Below, in pieces: positions 12,030 to 24,515 of a DNA stretch of 64,000 bases. Numbering within the stretch: position 1 is the first letter of the stretch; each line of letters opens with the position of its first letter. Under the pieces are notes generated by a model. It made no database searches, had not been told where the DNA came from, and saw nothing but the letters and a program-made list of their open reading frames with translations. The DNA comes from Eledone cirrhosa (lineage: Eukaryota), in the NCBI GenBank assembly GCA_964016885.1, contig OZ024740.1, positions 358,794,001-358,858,000 of the forward strand, written 5' to 3'. A program made the position numbers and the translations under genes.

Positions 12030-13680
12030 CCCTAAAAGGCATTCACAATACTGACCAACAAAACCTGATTGAGGAGAACACAGCTAAAACTACAACAGAA
12101 AAGATATACGAGGAGGAAGATGTAGGTACAGGAAATCCAGGCAAAACTAAGAAGCACAATAGGATAAAGGTGGGAATAATCCAAGAACACAAAAGAATAG
12201 AAGATCTCCTTATGGATAAAATAATACACCCGTCACAGATAAAAACCAATGGCGAAATAGCAGAAATTATAAAACTAGAGAAAACTCTAATATCACGCTA
12301 AATAAAGAAACTGAGATGAGAGAATTAGATCAAAGACCTACATACAAATACTTAGAAATCAATGAAATAGACAGGGTTCTACACACAGAGATGAAGGAAA
12401 AGATGAGAAAGAAACATTATAGGTGGATTAGAATATTACTTAAGACAGAAATAAATGCCAAAATATAGACATCAACACTCCAGAAATCGCATTAATACGC
12501 TACAGACTCAACATTCTGAACTGGACAAGAAAGAAAATCAGCAGGACTAAACAGGAAAACAAGAAAAATAATGACTTCATTATCCAGAATTGGAATTAGA
12601 AAGATTATATCTCCCCGGAATAGAGTGAAAAAGAGGTCTTATACAACTAAAAAAAAAAAAATGTTAAAATAACCATTTTAGGACTACAAACATGTCTAAC
12701 GAAGAATAAAGGAAACACAATACAATTATCCAGGAAACATAAACAAACAGAAAAAAAACATTTCTTTATCCACAAGGAAGCCAACAAGTACAAAAACAGA
12801 AACTGAATAGACAGATAATTGTAAAGACAATGAATATACAGACGAAACACAAGAGAAACTGCGAAAAAGATGAACAAAATCTCCAGAATGCTATGCTAAG
12901 CAGATGGCAAGAAAAAACCCTATATGACCAATACCACCAAAGTGAATGGCGAGGTTGTAGACAAGCACAATTTACAAACTCGGTTAAGAAACACTGGACT
13001 AAAAAGCGAGACTGAAGAATTTCTAATTGTGGCACAAGATCGAAGCCGCCCCCCACATAAATCACTAAAAGTATACAATGAAGCAGAACAAGTAAATAAC
13101 TGTAAAATATGTGATGTTGCGTAAAAAATAAGAAACTACATTATCTCTGCCTCCCAGAGTTAGCCAAAAGGGAATATAGCCATAGACATGATAGAGTTGG
13201 GATTTACACACACTGCAGCAGGAAGTTATGCCACTAATACGAAATGCAAAAAAAAAATATTTTTAAATATGTGGTACAAGCATACACCAGAAAAGATTAT
13301 GAGAAGGAAACAGCAACCATACTTTGGGATATGCTAATATATCTATCAAGGAAATAGAGAAATAATCCAAATGTAGAGACCTGGAGATAGAAATAACTCG
13401 AATGTCGATGATGAAAACGAACAATCCCCATGATAATAGGTGCTCAAGGAATCTCTAAACACACACACACACACACAGATACATAACCGAAACACCAGGA
13501 CAGCGCACAGAAAATAGCAATACCAAGCACTACATAGGTATTACGAAGAGTGTTCTCAATACAACAGAGTAACAACACCATAAACAACAGTGTATATACC
13601 CAATGCTCACAAGGCTGTGCTCGTTAATGCAGTAATGAAACGCAATAAAAATCGACTAATGTTAATGATAATAATAATAG
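12030..13680 (+). mobile_element. R4/Dong-like LINE relic ending in a (TAA)n-like tail
   Basis: YKYLEINE, WQEKTLYDQY, LRNTGLKSETEEFLIVAQD, CKICD, HRHDRVG, ILWDM, IPMIIGAQG; ataataata at ~13668-13679. Confidence 0.8.
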
Positions 13681-13689
13681 CTATACCAA

Positions 13690-14310
13690 TAGCAGTGTAA
13701 TTATGAAAGAACTTGAGAAATTAGATAGAGGAACAAGAATAGCGGTAGAAATATAGATATCTTTACACATACAAGCAAATGTCTACAGGCTATATTTTAT
13801 CATAAAAGAGGGAAATCGTGGGCTGATAAGCATAGAGAACAGTGAGCATAGAAATACATAGCCAGAGGAATTGTGTTGCTGCGAGTGAGGTGGTTCTCTT
13901 GATAGTAGTATGAGTAGAAGAGATACTAAGTGACGAAAATTAAATAAAGAGAAGTTCAAGATGTAGGAACCTACGATATGAGCGGAAAAGCAGACACGAA
14001 CAGTTTCTCCAAAATACTGAAGCGCATTGTGATGAGTAGAGATGTTTGAAGAGAAAGACAGAGATATTAACATCACCCGCGCAAGATCTGGCAATCAGAA
14101 CAAGACTTCCCTGTTGCATGTAAAATATGTGATGAAAAGGAAGACACTGGGTCGTATGTAGTCCATGAAAAAAAGATGCTTGCTCAAAATCATTATAAGA
14201 ACTAGAAACATGACAAAGTAGTCACAATGTCATAATACGAACGTGTAAGATTTTAAATATAAATATGCGAAGTGGCATGACCAAAGCCATGTGTCCTTGA
14301 AAACAAAATA
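13690..14310 (+). mobile_element. R4/Dong-like LINE fragment
   Basis: ANVYRLYF.IKEGNRGLISIE, LKRKTEILTSPAQDLAI, CCM*NM, HDKVV. Confidence 0.65.
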
Positions 14311-14539
14311 TTGTAAAAATATAATGGAATACGCAAATATTACATTGACGTAAAGATATAGATACAAATAGAAAATAAAAGAAAACAGAAAATTACCAAG
14401 CACATACCAAAGACGGCAGCAGACAGCTTGATATCCAATACACACACACACTTCTAACTTATGCCTTGATCAATTACTTATACGACGGTTAATTATATGC
14501 AAATTCCTATGTCAATTTCAGAATAATGTTAAGAGCGAA

Positions 14540-14900
14540 TGGCTATGTATACCCATCAATTACAGACATGTATTTAGGTGTTTTCTACTAGAAGCTAAAG
14601 TCTGTAAAATATTCCATCTTTCGTCTGTGCAGGTGTAACATCGGTTCGACATGTTTCTATATGGTCTATATATCTTTAGGGTTTTCCATGTAATGTCGTC
14701 ATTCTTATTGGTATCCTTGAGATGCCATATATCGCGTGCGAGTTTCATGGTACACCTTTTGTCATGGTATCTATAACTCGATTAGTGGTTGAGGTAGCGG
14801 TCTTTAAACCAGCACTGATATTCCTACACATGGCTATATTTTGCTTTGGTTAATTTATTGAAAAGCTTACATATGCTTCATACACCAGTGATGGTGTATT
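14540..14900 (-). mobile_element. Naiad-like PLE GIY-YIG endonuclease relic
   Basis: FKDRYLNH*SSYRY...KLARDIWHLKD...ITWKTL...YRNMSNRCYTCTDER. Confidence 0.75.
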
Positions 14901-15436
14901 GCGTTTTTGAGGTAGGGGGAAGGGGTATGTGTCATGCTTTCGGCATGAACATCCTGAAGTAGGTGGGCACATACGCACACGCATAAACGCACACACACAC
15001 ATTTATGTATCTTAAAAAACAGACAAAGTTTTGCATATTGTAATCCTGGATACACCATGGCTAAAAAATAGAATAAAAATACGTATTGTCATGACTACAA
15101 TACATTTTATCATTGGCATAATGAAGGGTGATCTAAGATTTAAAAAAGCAACTCACAAAAAAGATGTTGTCACTGGAGCTGCTTCGGGAGAACAACCGAA
15201 TCGACATATAATCAAATACTACTACGATAAAAAAATGACGTACCTATTGTGTATTGGAGTCCTACGTGTATTAGATGCTATAAAATAACACTGTGGCGTA
15301 TGTTACAATGGTTCTACTTAGTTCTACAACAAGTTTGACCAGTCGATAAGCTTGATGTGAATATGTGTGTACTTCCGTCTTTGTGTGTGAGTGTGTGTAT
15401 GATTGTGTGTGTGTGTGTGTGTGCGTGTGTGTGCGC

Positions 15437-15542
<106 letters not shown>

Positions 15543-15794
15543 TTATGTCAGTGTTTCCATGTTTGTAAGCGTGCACGCGTGAAAGCGAAAAAAGATATAT
15601 TATCTCTCGCTCTCCTGCCCACTTCTCCCACTGTCTCTCTATATATGTGTCAATGCATGTATGTATATATATATATATATATACATACATGCATTGACAC
15701 ATATATATGGAGACAGTTATATATGTTTATATGTTCTCCTTAATGTGTTGCTATAGCGGGACCCTATGCGTACGACTGTCGGTATCTATGTGGT

Positions 15795-15854
<60 letters not shown>

Positions 15855-16195
15855 TGCGCGCGTGGATGTGTGGACTGCCAAACACAGCAGTAATTCATTG
15901 AAGTGTAGCAGACATGGGACAGCGGAATAATACATGTGATCAGAATTTATGATGACGTAGGCAACCAGCGGCCAATCACTGGACGCGCGAAGAGATGAAG
16001 TTTTTGACAGTACAGGCCCACAGGGTCAGATACCCCAGTGGAAGAATATGCTCCGAAATCATTAGATGTGTCCTTCGAACCTGCGGGTCCAGAATCAGAC
16101 AGATCAACACAATGATCGCGTCTCGAGCTGTCAGCCGGCGAAACAATTGTAACACACAATAAATTGAGTTCAGATGCATCACTGATTTTTCGTTT

Positions 16196-16254
<59 letters not shown>

Positions 16255-16260
<6 letters not shown>

Positions 16261-16912
16261 TATGCATACGTACATACATATAAGTATACAGACGTACAGT
16301 AGTATGTATATACATACATGCACACATATATATATGTACTTATGGGTTTACCGAACATTTATTATAATGTTCGGTTTGTTTGTAAACAAACAGCCCGAAT
16401 TAAGCCATACAGTGTTCGGCAACCATCGTTGCCCTTTTGTTCAACACTGAAAAAGGAACGATGAACTAGTTTCTAGCTTACAAACAAACCGAACATTATA
16501 ATAAATGTTGGGTAAACCCATAAGTACATATATATATGTGTGTGCATGTATGTATATACATACTACTGTATGTCTGTATACATATATGTATGTACGTATA
16601 CATACTTATATTTAAGTATCAGCCGTACTAAGAGTGAGAAATGAAATTTCATTTTTTCCATTTATCGTTTTCGGTACGCCCGGCCGACTAACTCACTCGA
16701 TATGCAAATTAGGCTGCTCATCCGTTAATATGCATAAGGAAAGTATAGACTTTCAAACGTTCAATTGACTGACAGGAAGGTATACGGTGCTGATGACAGC
16801 TAATAAGCTAGAAACTGTACGTCTGTATACATATATGTATACATATATGTATACATACTTATATTTAAGTATCAGCCGTACTAAGAGTGAGAAATGAAAT
16901 TTCATTTTTTCC
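16255..16912. repeat. PLE pLTR-like composite: ~130-bp inverted repeat plus ~90-bp direct repeat
   Basis: 16255-16385 is inverted at 16479-16610; 16573-16661 is repeated at 16821-16914; contains an HHR. Confidence 0.8.
16780..16830 (+). ncRNA. Minimal type I hammerhead ribozyme motif
   Basis: guauacggug CUGAUGA cagcu aaua agcua GAAAC u GUA cgucuguauac; C/A mismatch at the base of stem II. Confidence 0.7.
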
Positions 16913-16950
<38 letters not shown>

Positions 16951-17085
16951 TACGTATGAATATATATATATATATTCATACGTATATATGAATATATATA
17001 TATATATTATATATATACATATATATATATATATTATATATATACATATATATATATATATTATATATATATACATATATATATA

Positions 17086-17132
<47 letters not shown>

Positions 17133-17190
17133 TATATTATATATATACATATATATATATATATTATATATATATACATATATATATATA

Positions 17191-17235
<45 letters not shown>

Positions 17236-17252
17236 TACGTATGAATATTTAC

Positions 17253-17315
<63 letters not shown>

Positions 17316-17439
17316 GTATGAGGTGAGTTTTATTGTAGCACAATAAAGCAATGCAAATATCGGATAACTAGCACTCTACAGTTTGTAGGACTGGAGTATA
17401 AATAATATAAGATCAAAAGATGGTTAAAAGAGTTGCAAG

Positions 17440-17510
17440 TATTTTATTATGCGCATTTCAAAAACAAATATCATCATGGGATGATATCTGCGTTTTCATC
17501 AGATAAAATA
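17440..17510 (-). ncRNA. Type I hammerhead ribozyme (inverted copy of 19517-19587)
   Basis: Exact reverse complement of the 71-nt motif at 19517-19587. Confidence 0.85.
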
Positions 17511-19516
17511 GGGATACATGATATGAAGCTTAAAAAACACTTGTGAATAGTGAAGTTTTAAATCAACATATGAAAAATAATATAAGATTGATGTATGAGA
17601 TTGGGAAAAAGTGAGGGGGGTGGGGGTGGAAAAGGTAAGGAAGAGGAGGAGATGAGAGTAAAGAATGGTGAGGGAGGAGTATACGAAGGAAGGATGAGAG
17701 AGGAGGAGAGATGAGTGATAGAGAGAGAGAGAGAGAGAGAGAGATAGCCTTTACAACTGAGAAAAAAATATATATTGTCTCACAGAGAGAAGTTAAATAG
17801 CCGTTGGAAGATAATAGATAATTTAAAAGAATTTGAAATTAAAAGTTAATGAGGTTTATGCATGAAGAGAAAAAGGGATTAAGAATAATATTAAATTAAG
17901 GTTTGTATATTGAAGGGTATGTGCGAGGAAAAGAAATTATTAATATGTATTATTAAAATAAAAATATTAATGTTATTAAGGATATAATGTGAAAAGAAGT
18001 AGAAGAATGAATGAGTTATGAATTTAGAGGAATTAGTTAGGGTTTAAGTTTGTTTTTATGTAATGTATGTGTGCATAATGTGTACGTAAATAGTTTGTTT
18101 AAAAAAGAGCGCAGAAGGAAAAGAAGAAAAGAATGTTTAAGGAAGAAAATATCTAACATCAAAAAATATATATGTTTACGAAATATTTTCTAATGGTAAT
18201 AATATAATATAATATTAAAAGAAATTAGTTAGGGTTTAAGTTTGTTTTTATGTATTGTGATATGTAAAAGTCAAACGAGCATGAAAGGATGAGATAAGGA
18301 ATTTAAGGAAGAAAAATCTAACGTAAAAAAAAATGTTTATGTTTACGAAGGACTATTAAAGGTAATACTATAATGTATTAAAAAATAATAATAATTTTTA
18401 TGGTCAATGATATGAGGAAAGATGGAAGAATGGATAATGTTGTGGTGAGTAATAATAAGAATTGAGAAGTAGTTAGGAAGAAAAAGTACATATTAGAGGT
18501 TAGAAATTAAAAAGAAAAGAGGATAGAAAGGAAAGTGATAAAGAGGAATGATATAGAATGAGTAACTTGTATTATATAATATATAATAAATAATATTGAA
18601 ATAAGGTAGAAAGATGGGTATATTTGTAAAAGATATATAAGCCTTTGAGAAAAAGGATTTTAAACTAGTAAGGTATTAGATGTTAGCTGTATACTTTACG
18701 GAATGCACTGTGGTATTTATGCAAGCAGAGAGAAAATAAATCCGTGCGTCTATTTATTATGGAATTGAAATTAGATATAATGGTAAATTTCTCCACTAGG
18801 CAAAGATTAGATGTTCTGGATAAAAACTTATAAAACTTGGTCTATGGACGATACCAATTTCTTTACCTATTTCGGTTCGACTTCCACCTCCTTCAAAGCT
18901 AGATTTTATAATCACAAATCATCTTTTAAATACCAACTTAAAAGAACTAACACGGCACTCTCAGAACTCATATGGTCCTTGAAAGACAAAAATATTAACT
19001 ATAACATCTCTTGAAGAAAAGTTTGTTTTGCCTCTCCCTACTTGAATACCTCCCTATCCAGAACATGTAATCTTTGCCTAGCTGAGAAATTTACCATTAT
19101 ATCTAATTTCAATTCCATAATAAATAAACGCACGGATTTATTTTCTCTCTGCTTGCATAAATTCCACAGAACATTCCATAAAGTATACAGCTAATATTAA
19201 TACCTTAAACTAGTAAGGTATTAGATATCTAGTAGGGTATTAATATAATATTTAATACCTTACTAGTTTAAAATCCTTTTTCTCAAAGGTTTATATATCT
19301 TTTACGAACATACCCATCTTTCTACCTTATTTCAATATTATTTATTATATATTATATAATATATATATTATATAATACAAGTTACTCATTCTATATCATT
19401 CCTCTTTATCACTTTCCTTTCTATCCTCTTTTCTTTTTAATTTCTAACCTCTAATCTGTACTTTTTCTTCCTAACTACTTCTCAATCCTTATTATTACTC
19501 ACCACAACATTATCCC

Positions 19517-19587
19517 TATTTTATCTGATGAAAACGCAGATATCATCCCATGATGATATTTGTTTTTGAAATGCGCATAATAAAATA
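19517..19587 (+). ncRNA. Type I hammerhead ribozyme with palindromic stem III
   Basis: uauuuuau CUGAUGA aaacgcagauaucauc ccau gaugauauuuguuuuu GAAA ugcgca UA auaaaaua; predicted cleavage after 19579. Confidence 0.87.
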
Positions 19588-19617
19588 CTTGGAACTCTTT
19601 TAACCATCTTTTGATCT

Positions 19618-19653
<36 letters not shown>

Positions 19654-19664
19654 ATTTGTATATA

Positions 19665-19802
19665 TATGTATAACGAAGGAGTTGTGGTAAGGAACCAGAT
19701 GGACCATAACGCACCAGAGTACTCAATACTTAGGGTAGTAGAGTGGGTAATAGGAAAATGTATGACCCCGACGGGGGATCTCAAGCAGTTTCGACGGCTA
19801 TT
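19665..19802 (-). repeat. 3' half of the HHR-bearing repeat family seen at 46778-47010
   Basis: Reverse complement tagccgtcGAAActgcttgagatcccccGTCggggtcatac...acccactctactaccctaagtattgagtactctggtgcgttatggtcca aligns with 46877-47010. Confidence 0.75.
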
Positions 19803-19814
19803 TCTGGACGTATG

Positions 19815-19846
<32 letters not shown>

Positions 19847-19869
19847 GACACACATACACAGGTAGACAC

Positions 19870-19909
<40 letters not shown>

Positions 19910-19949
19910 GCACACACGCACACACACACACATATATATACACACACAC

Positions 19950-20136
<187 letters not shown>

Positions 20137-20759
20137 CAGAAAAGCAGAAAAGCAACCTTGTCTGTGACCGCATACAAATTTGTATGCATATTAGTGTTTG
20201 CGAACACAGGTGTATTGATAGATACCTACCTGTTGATACCTACCTGCTGATCAATCTAATGATCTATCAGTCAATTGATTAGTCTCTCTTCCATCGTATC
20301 CATATTTCCTTTCCCATATCTATCCGTTTCACACACTCTCTCTCTCGCTCTTTCTCTTACATCAACTGTGTAAATTCCGCGTGTATAGACTTCCACACAC
20401 ACAGCCATACAAAGATATATATACACACACACACACACCACACACATATATATATGCAAAAAGAGAGAGAGAGAGAGAGAGAAGAGGGAGAGAGAGAAGA
20501 GAGAGAGAAGAAAAGAGAGAGAGAGGAAGAGAAAGAGAAGATAGAGAAAAGAAAGAGAGAGAGAGATAGAGAGAAACAGTGTTAAAGTTATATAGACGAA
20601 TGCAGGGCAGCACACGCTAATATATACACATGTATGTATGTATATCAACATTTTAAGTATTTACATGCAAGTTGACTGCATATTTTCCACGTGCATCATC
20701 ATCACATCACTCTCTCTTTCTCACAGTCGATACACACACACACACAAACACAGACACAG

Positions 20760-20829
<70 letters not shown>

Positions 20830-20863
20830 TTGCGAGGTTATTGTATCAACTATAATCTTGATA

Positions 20864-20941
<78 letters not shown>

Positions 20942-21780
20942 TGTGTAGGTGTACCCTTAACATAATTCGTATGGAGAAGCAGCATGATGTATATATACAA
21001 TAACTTTGTAGATATGAATGTTAAGATTTTATTAACATGATCCTGGTACACAACGCGCTAAGACACGGTTTATAGACTCAATATTGTATGTATGGACCCG
21101 TAACTCCTGACATACGGGGTTTTTAGGGCATTATCAAACCTGGTTGGGCCCATCTCTTCTCCAGGTCTGAATACTGCAGATTTCTTCTAGAGAAGGAAAG
21201 AGTGTGAGAGAGAGAGAGCAAGAAAGGGAGACAGAGAGGGGGGGGGGGGGGTAAGTGATAGAAATAAATAAAGAAATAAAGAAAGAAAATGAAAGAAATA
21301 TAGATCGTCACATTTCTGTGTGTGGTCGTCGCATGTCGCAATGTTTTCGGAATTCGCTACAGAAATATTAGGTTCCGGGTTCGTTCCCACTTCATGGCAT
21401 CGTATTCAAGTGTCATTTACCAGGAAATCGGACAGGCCCATGCTTGTGAACGGAATTGGGTGGACGGAAACTATTTGGAAGCCCACCGGATTGACTGAAC
21501 CCATAATTTAAAGGCTAGTCTTGTTACACATTGGGTCAAGCTGAAACCCCAGGTACATGTGTCAGTAGAGTGCTCAGGCACTTGCATACTAATTTCATGA
21601 GCAGTCTGTGCCATTGATCGAAAAGCTGGAATACTCATCGTCGAAACCTTCGATTAAACATCTAAAATTGTAAGAATGAAGTAGTACAATACATTTGTTC
21701 ATATGTGTGTTTTTGTGTGCGCCTTTGGGATTCAACAGTTTGCAGATGTTTATTGATCTCGCTGGCGGAGTCGTATAAAT

Positions 21781-21930
21781 AATAATTGTTTCTACTTTAG
21801 GTACAAGGCCAGCAATTACCCAGAACATTACTGGTACTTTATTTTATCGACCCCGCAAGGATGAAAGGCAAAGTTAACCTCGGCGGGATTTGAACTCAGA
21901 CTGTAAAGGGACGTAACTATGCTAGAAAGA
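21781..21930 (-). mobile_element. tRNA-derived SINE (5' truncated)
   Basis: High identity to 43995-44177. Confidence 0.9.
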
Positions 21931-22204
21931 TAATAATGACTGAACAAAAACAAAGATCCTGTGTATATATATATATACACACACACAAACATACATAAAT
22001 ATATATATATATACAAACACATGTATATATGTACATATATACATGCATACAAACTTGTATGTGTATATTTATACATATTCATCTATATGTATATATACAT
22101 CTATATGTATATGTACACATATATATGTTTATATATGTGTACAAATAAGTATATATACACATATATATATACATATGCACATATATATGCACATATATAT
22201 GTGC

Positions 22205-22251
<47 letters not shown>

Positions 22252-22756
22252 TATTTGTATACAGACACATATATAAACATATATATGTGTACATATACAT
22301 ATATAAACATATAGATGTATATATATATAGAAATATATAAACATATAGATGTATATGTATAAATATACACTTACAAGTATGTATGCATGTGTGTGTGTAA
22401 GGATGGATGTAGCTATGTATAGCTGCAATGTGTGCCATTGTATGTGCAATACAATCACTGCCACATACAATGCTGACTAGTTACAAGTCAACGACTGGGA
22501 AGTGGTTATATATCTTTAATTGAATGTTCATGAGTCTATGAGTTATTTCATATAGCAGGTTATATACACTCGCGCACGCACATACACACACACATATCCG
22601 CAAATATGTTTTGTCGGTGTTGATAGCGTTATGTGTGTTTATGTATGTACGTCAGTGTATGATCGTATTTGTATGGTTGTATAAATAAATCCGTAGAAAA
22701 AAAAGAGTGTGATGATAGAAAAAATGTTTTAAAAAGTGTCATGAAAAAAAATACAA

Positions 22757-22878
22757 GGTGAGAAAGGAAAAGAAAGAGATAACTGTGAGTGGGGAGAGAG
22801 AGGGAAAGAGGGTAAGAAAGTGTAACAAAATACAGAGCGAGAGAGTAAGAGAGAGAGAGGGGGAGAGGGAGGGAGAGA

Positions 22879-22927
<49 letters not shown>
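22757..22927. repeat. GA-rich tract ~310 bp upstream of the LRR gene start codon
   Basis: Direct reading; regulatory role not shown. Confidence 0.85.
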
Positions 22928-22928
<1 letters not shown>

Positions 22929-23239
22929 AAGCGTGGAAAGTTTAATAAAAACAGATAAAATTATACCACAGCGGCAATTAAGTGGAAATAATATTTTTAT
23001 TCGTTTTTAAGGAAAAAACAAGAATAGTTCGGCACAATCCATAAAGATATGTTTAGTTTAATAGAACATGAGACCAGGTGTCTCCTAAATTCAATACTTG
23101 CCTCATAATTCTTGCATTGTGGGCGTTCGGAGTATACAGACAAGCACATTTACTACGCCGCTAATCACTACGTTTCTTTACTACATATCACTCGCCTGTA
23201 ACAGTAGCAGTAGACGCTAGATCTAGCAAGTTCGCGCGT

Positions 23240-23568
23240 ATGTCAATCTTCTGTTGGATAGTGAATACATCAAAAATGACGCTCCGTTTAATATGTAAAT
23301 ATTTTACTAGGTTAACAGACCAAATATCCTCCCAACTAACAATTTGGTTATTGTTATCTACATTAATGGAAATACACTTTTTATCAAACTACACCAGAGC
23401 CCAGAAAATTAATGCTGTCCAAGAGATGCCTTTAGGTGCAGTGCTTCCTGACACATGTCTTGGAGGATGTAAATGCAAAATACGACATGCAGGGGCAAAA
23501 GAAGTAGATTGTTCCCAGATGAATCTCACCCGTGTACCCAACGGCATCGATAATCAAACAACTATATT
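23240..23568 (+). CDS. First coding exon of a secreted or membrane LRR protein (leader + LRRNT), LGR-type GPCR-like
   Basis: Non-repetitive ORF with hydrophobic LTIWLLLSTL and CLGGCKCKIRHAGAKEVDCSQMNLTRVPNGIDNQTTIL; donor TT|GTAAGT in phase 2. The start could also be the ATG at 23276. Confidence 0.85.
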
Positions 23569-23630
23569 GTAAGTCACACAGTTCATATTAATAAAAAAAA
23601 CGTAAACCGCTATCACACGTATTTATGCAC

Positions 23631-23681
<51 letters not shown>

Positions 23682-23688
<7 letters not shown>

Positions 23689-23770
23689 AAATGAAACAAC
23701 ATACTCAAATGGTGCATTATTTTGATCTCAACAATACTAACGACACAACGATGAACACTGGAATATACAT

Positions 23771-23863
<93 letters not shown>

Positions 23864-23905
23864 TATGTATGAGTATGTATGTGTGTGTATTTGTATACAT
23901 ATATA

Positions 23906-23946
<41 letters not shown>

Positions 23947-23981
23947 ATACAAATACACACACATACATACTCATACATATA

Positions 23982-24062
<81 letters not shown>

Positions 24063-24142
24063 TCCAGTGTTCCTCGTTGTGTCGTTAGTATTGTTGAGAT
24101 CAAAACAATGCACCATTTGTGTATGTTGTTTCATTTTCTTTT
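23682..24142. repeat. Near-perfect ~460-bp palindrome (foldback) centred on (AT)n
   Basis: The unique outer ~85 bp differ between arms at about 3 positions; the inner unique segment 23856-23900 is inverted at 23942-23987. Confidence 0.95.
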
Positions 24143-24260
24143 AGTTGTGATTACTCATAATGTGGAGATAAAAATGTTTAGCAACTATGTAATGTTTTTT
24201 CCTGATGATATATATGTATGTATGTATATGTATGTATGTATGTATGCATATGTATGTATC

Positions 24261-24363
<103 letters not shown>

Positions 24364-24374
24364 ATATATATATA

Positions 24375-24407
<33 letters not shown>

Positions 24408-24438
24408 GTGTATATATATATATATATATGTGTATATA

Positions 24439-24515
<77 letters not shown>

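Larger units (their letters stand above)
17315..19622 (+). mobile_element. 5'-truncated Naiad-like PLE with inverted pLTR
   Basis: GIY-YIG remnant at ~18850-19170 (TYFGSTSTSFKARFYNHKSSF..TALSELIWSLKD..IS*RKV..CNLCLAEK). 18431-18820 is inverted at 19056-19515, and 17402-17515 is inverted at 19512-19622. Confidence 0.9.

Noticed and set aside
19012-19014. In-frame TGA in a Naiad-like endonuclease as possible selenocysteine
   Set aside because: It aligns with the conserved Trp (ITW/LTW in the other two relics), so TGG>TGA decay is simpler.
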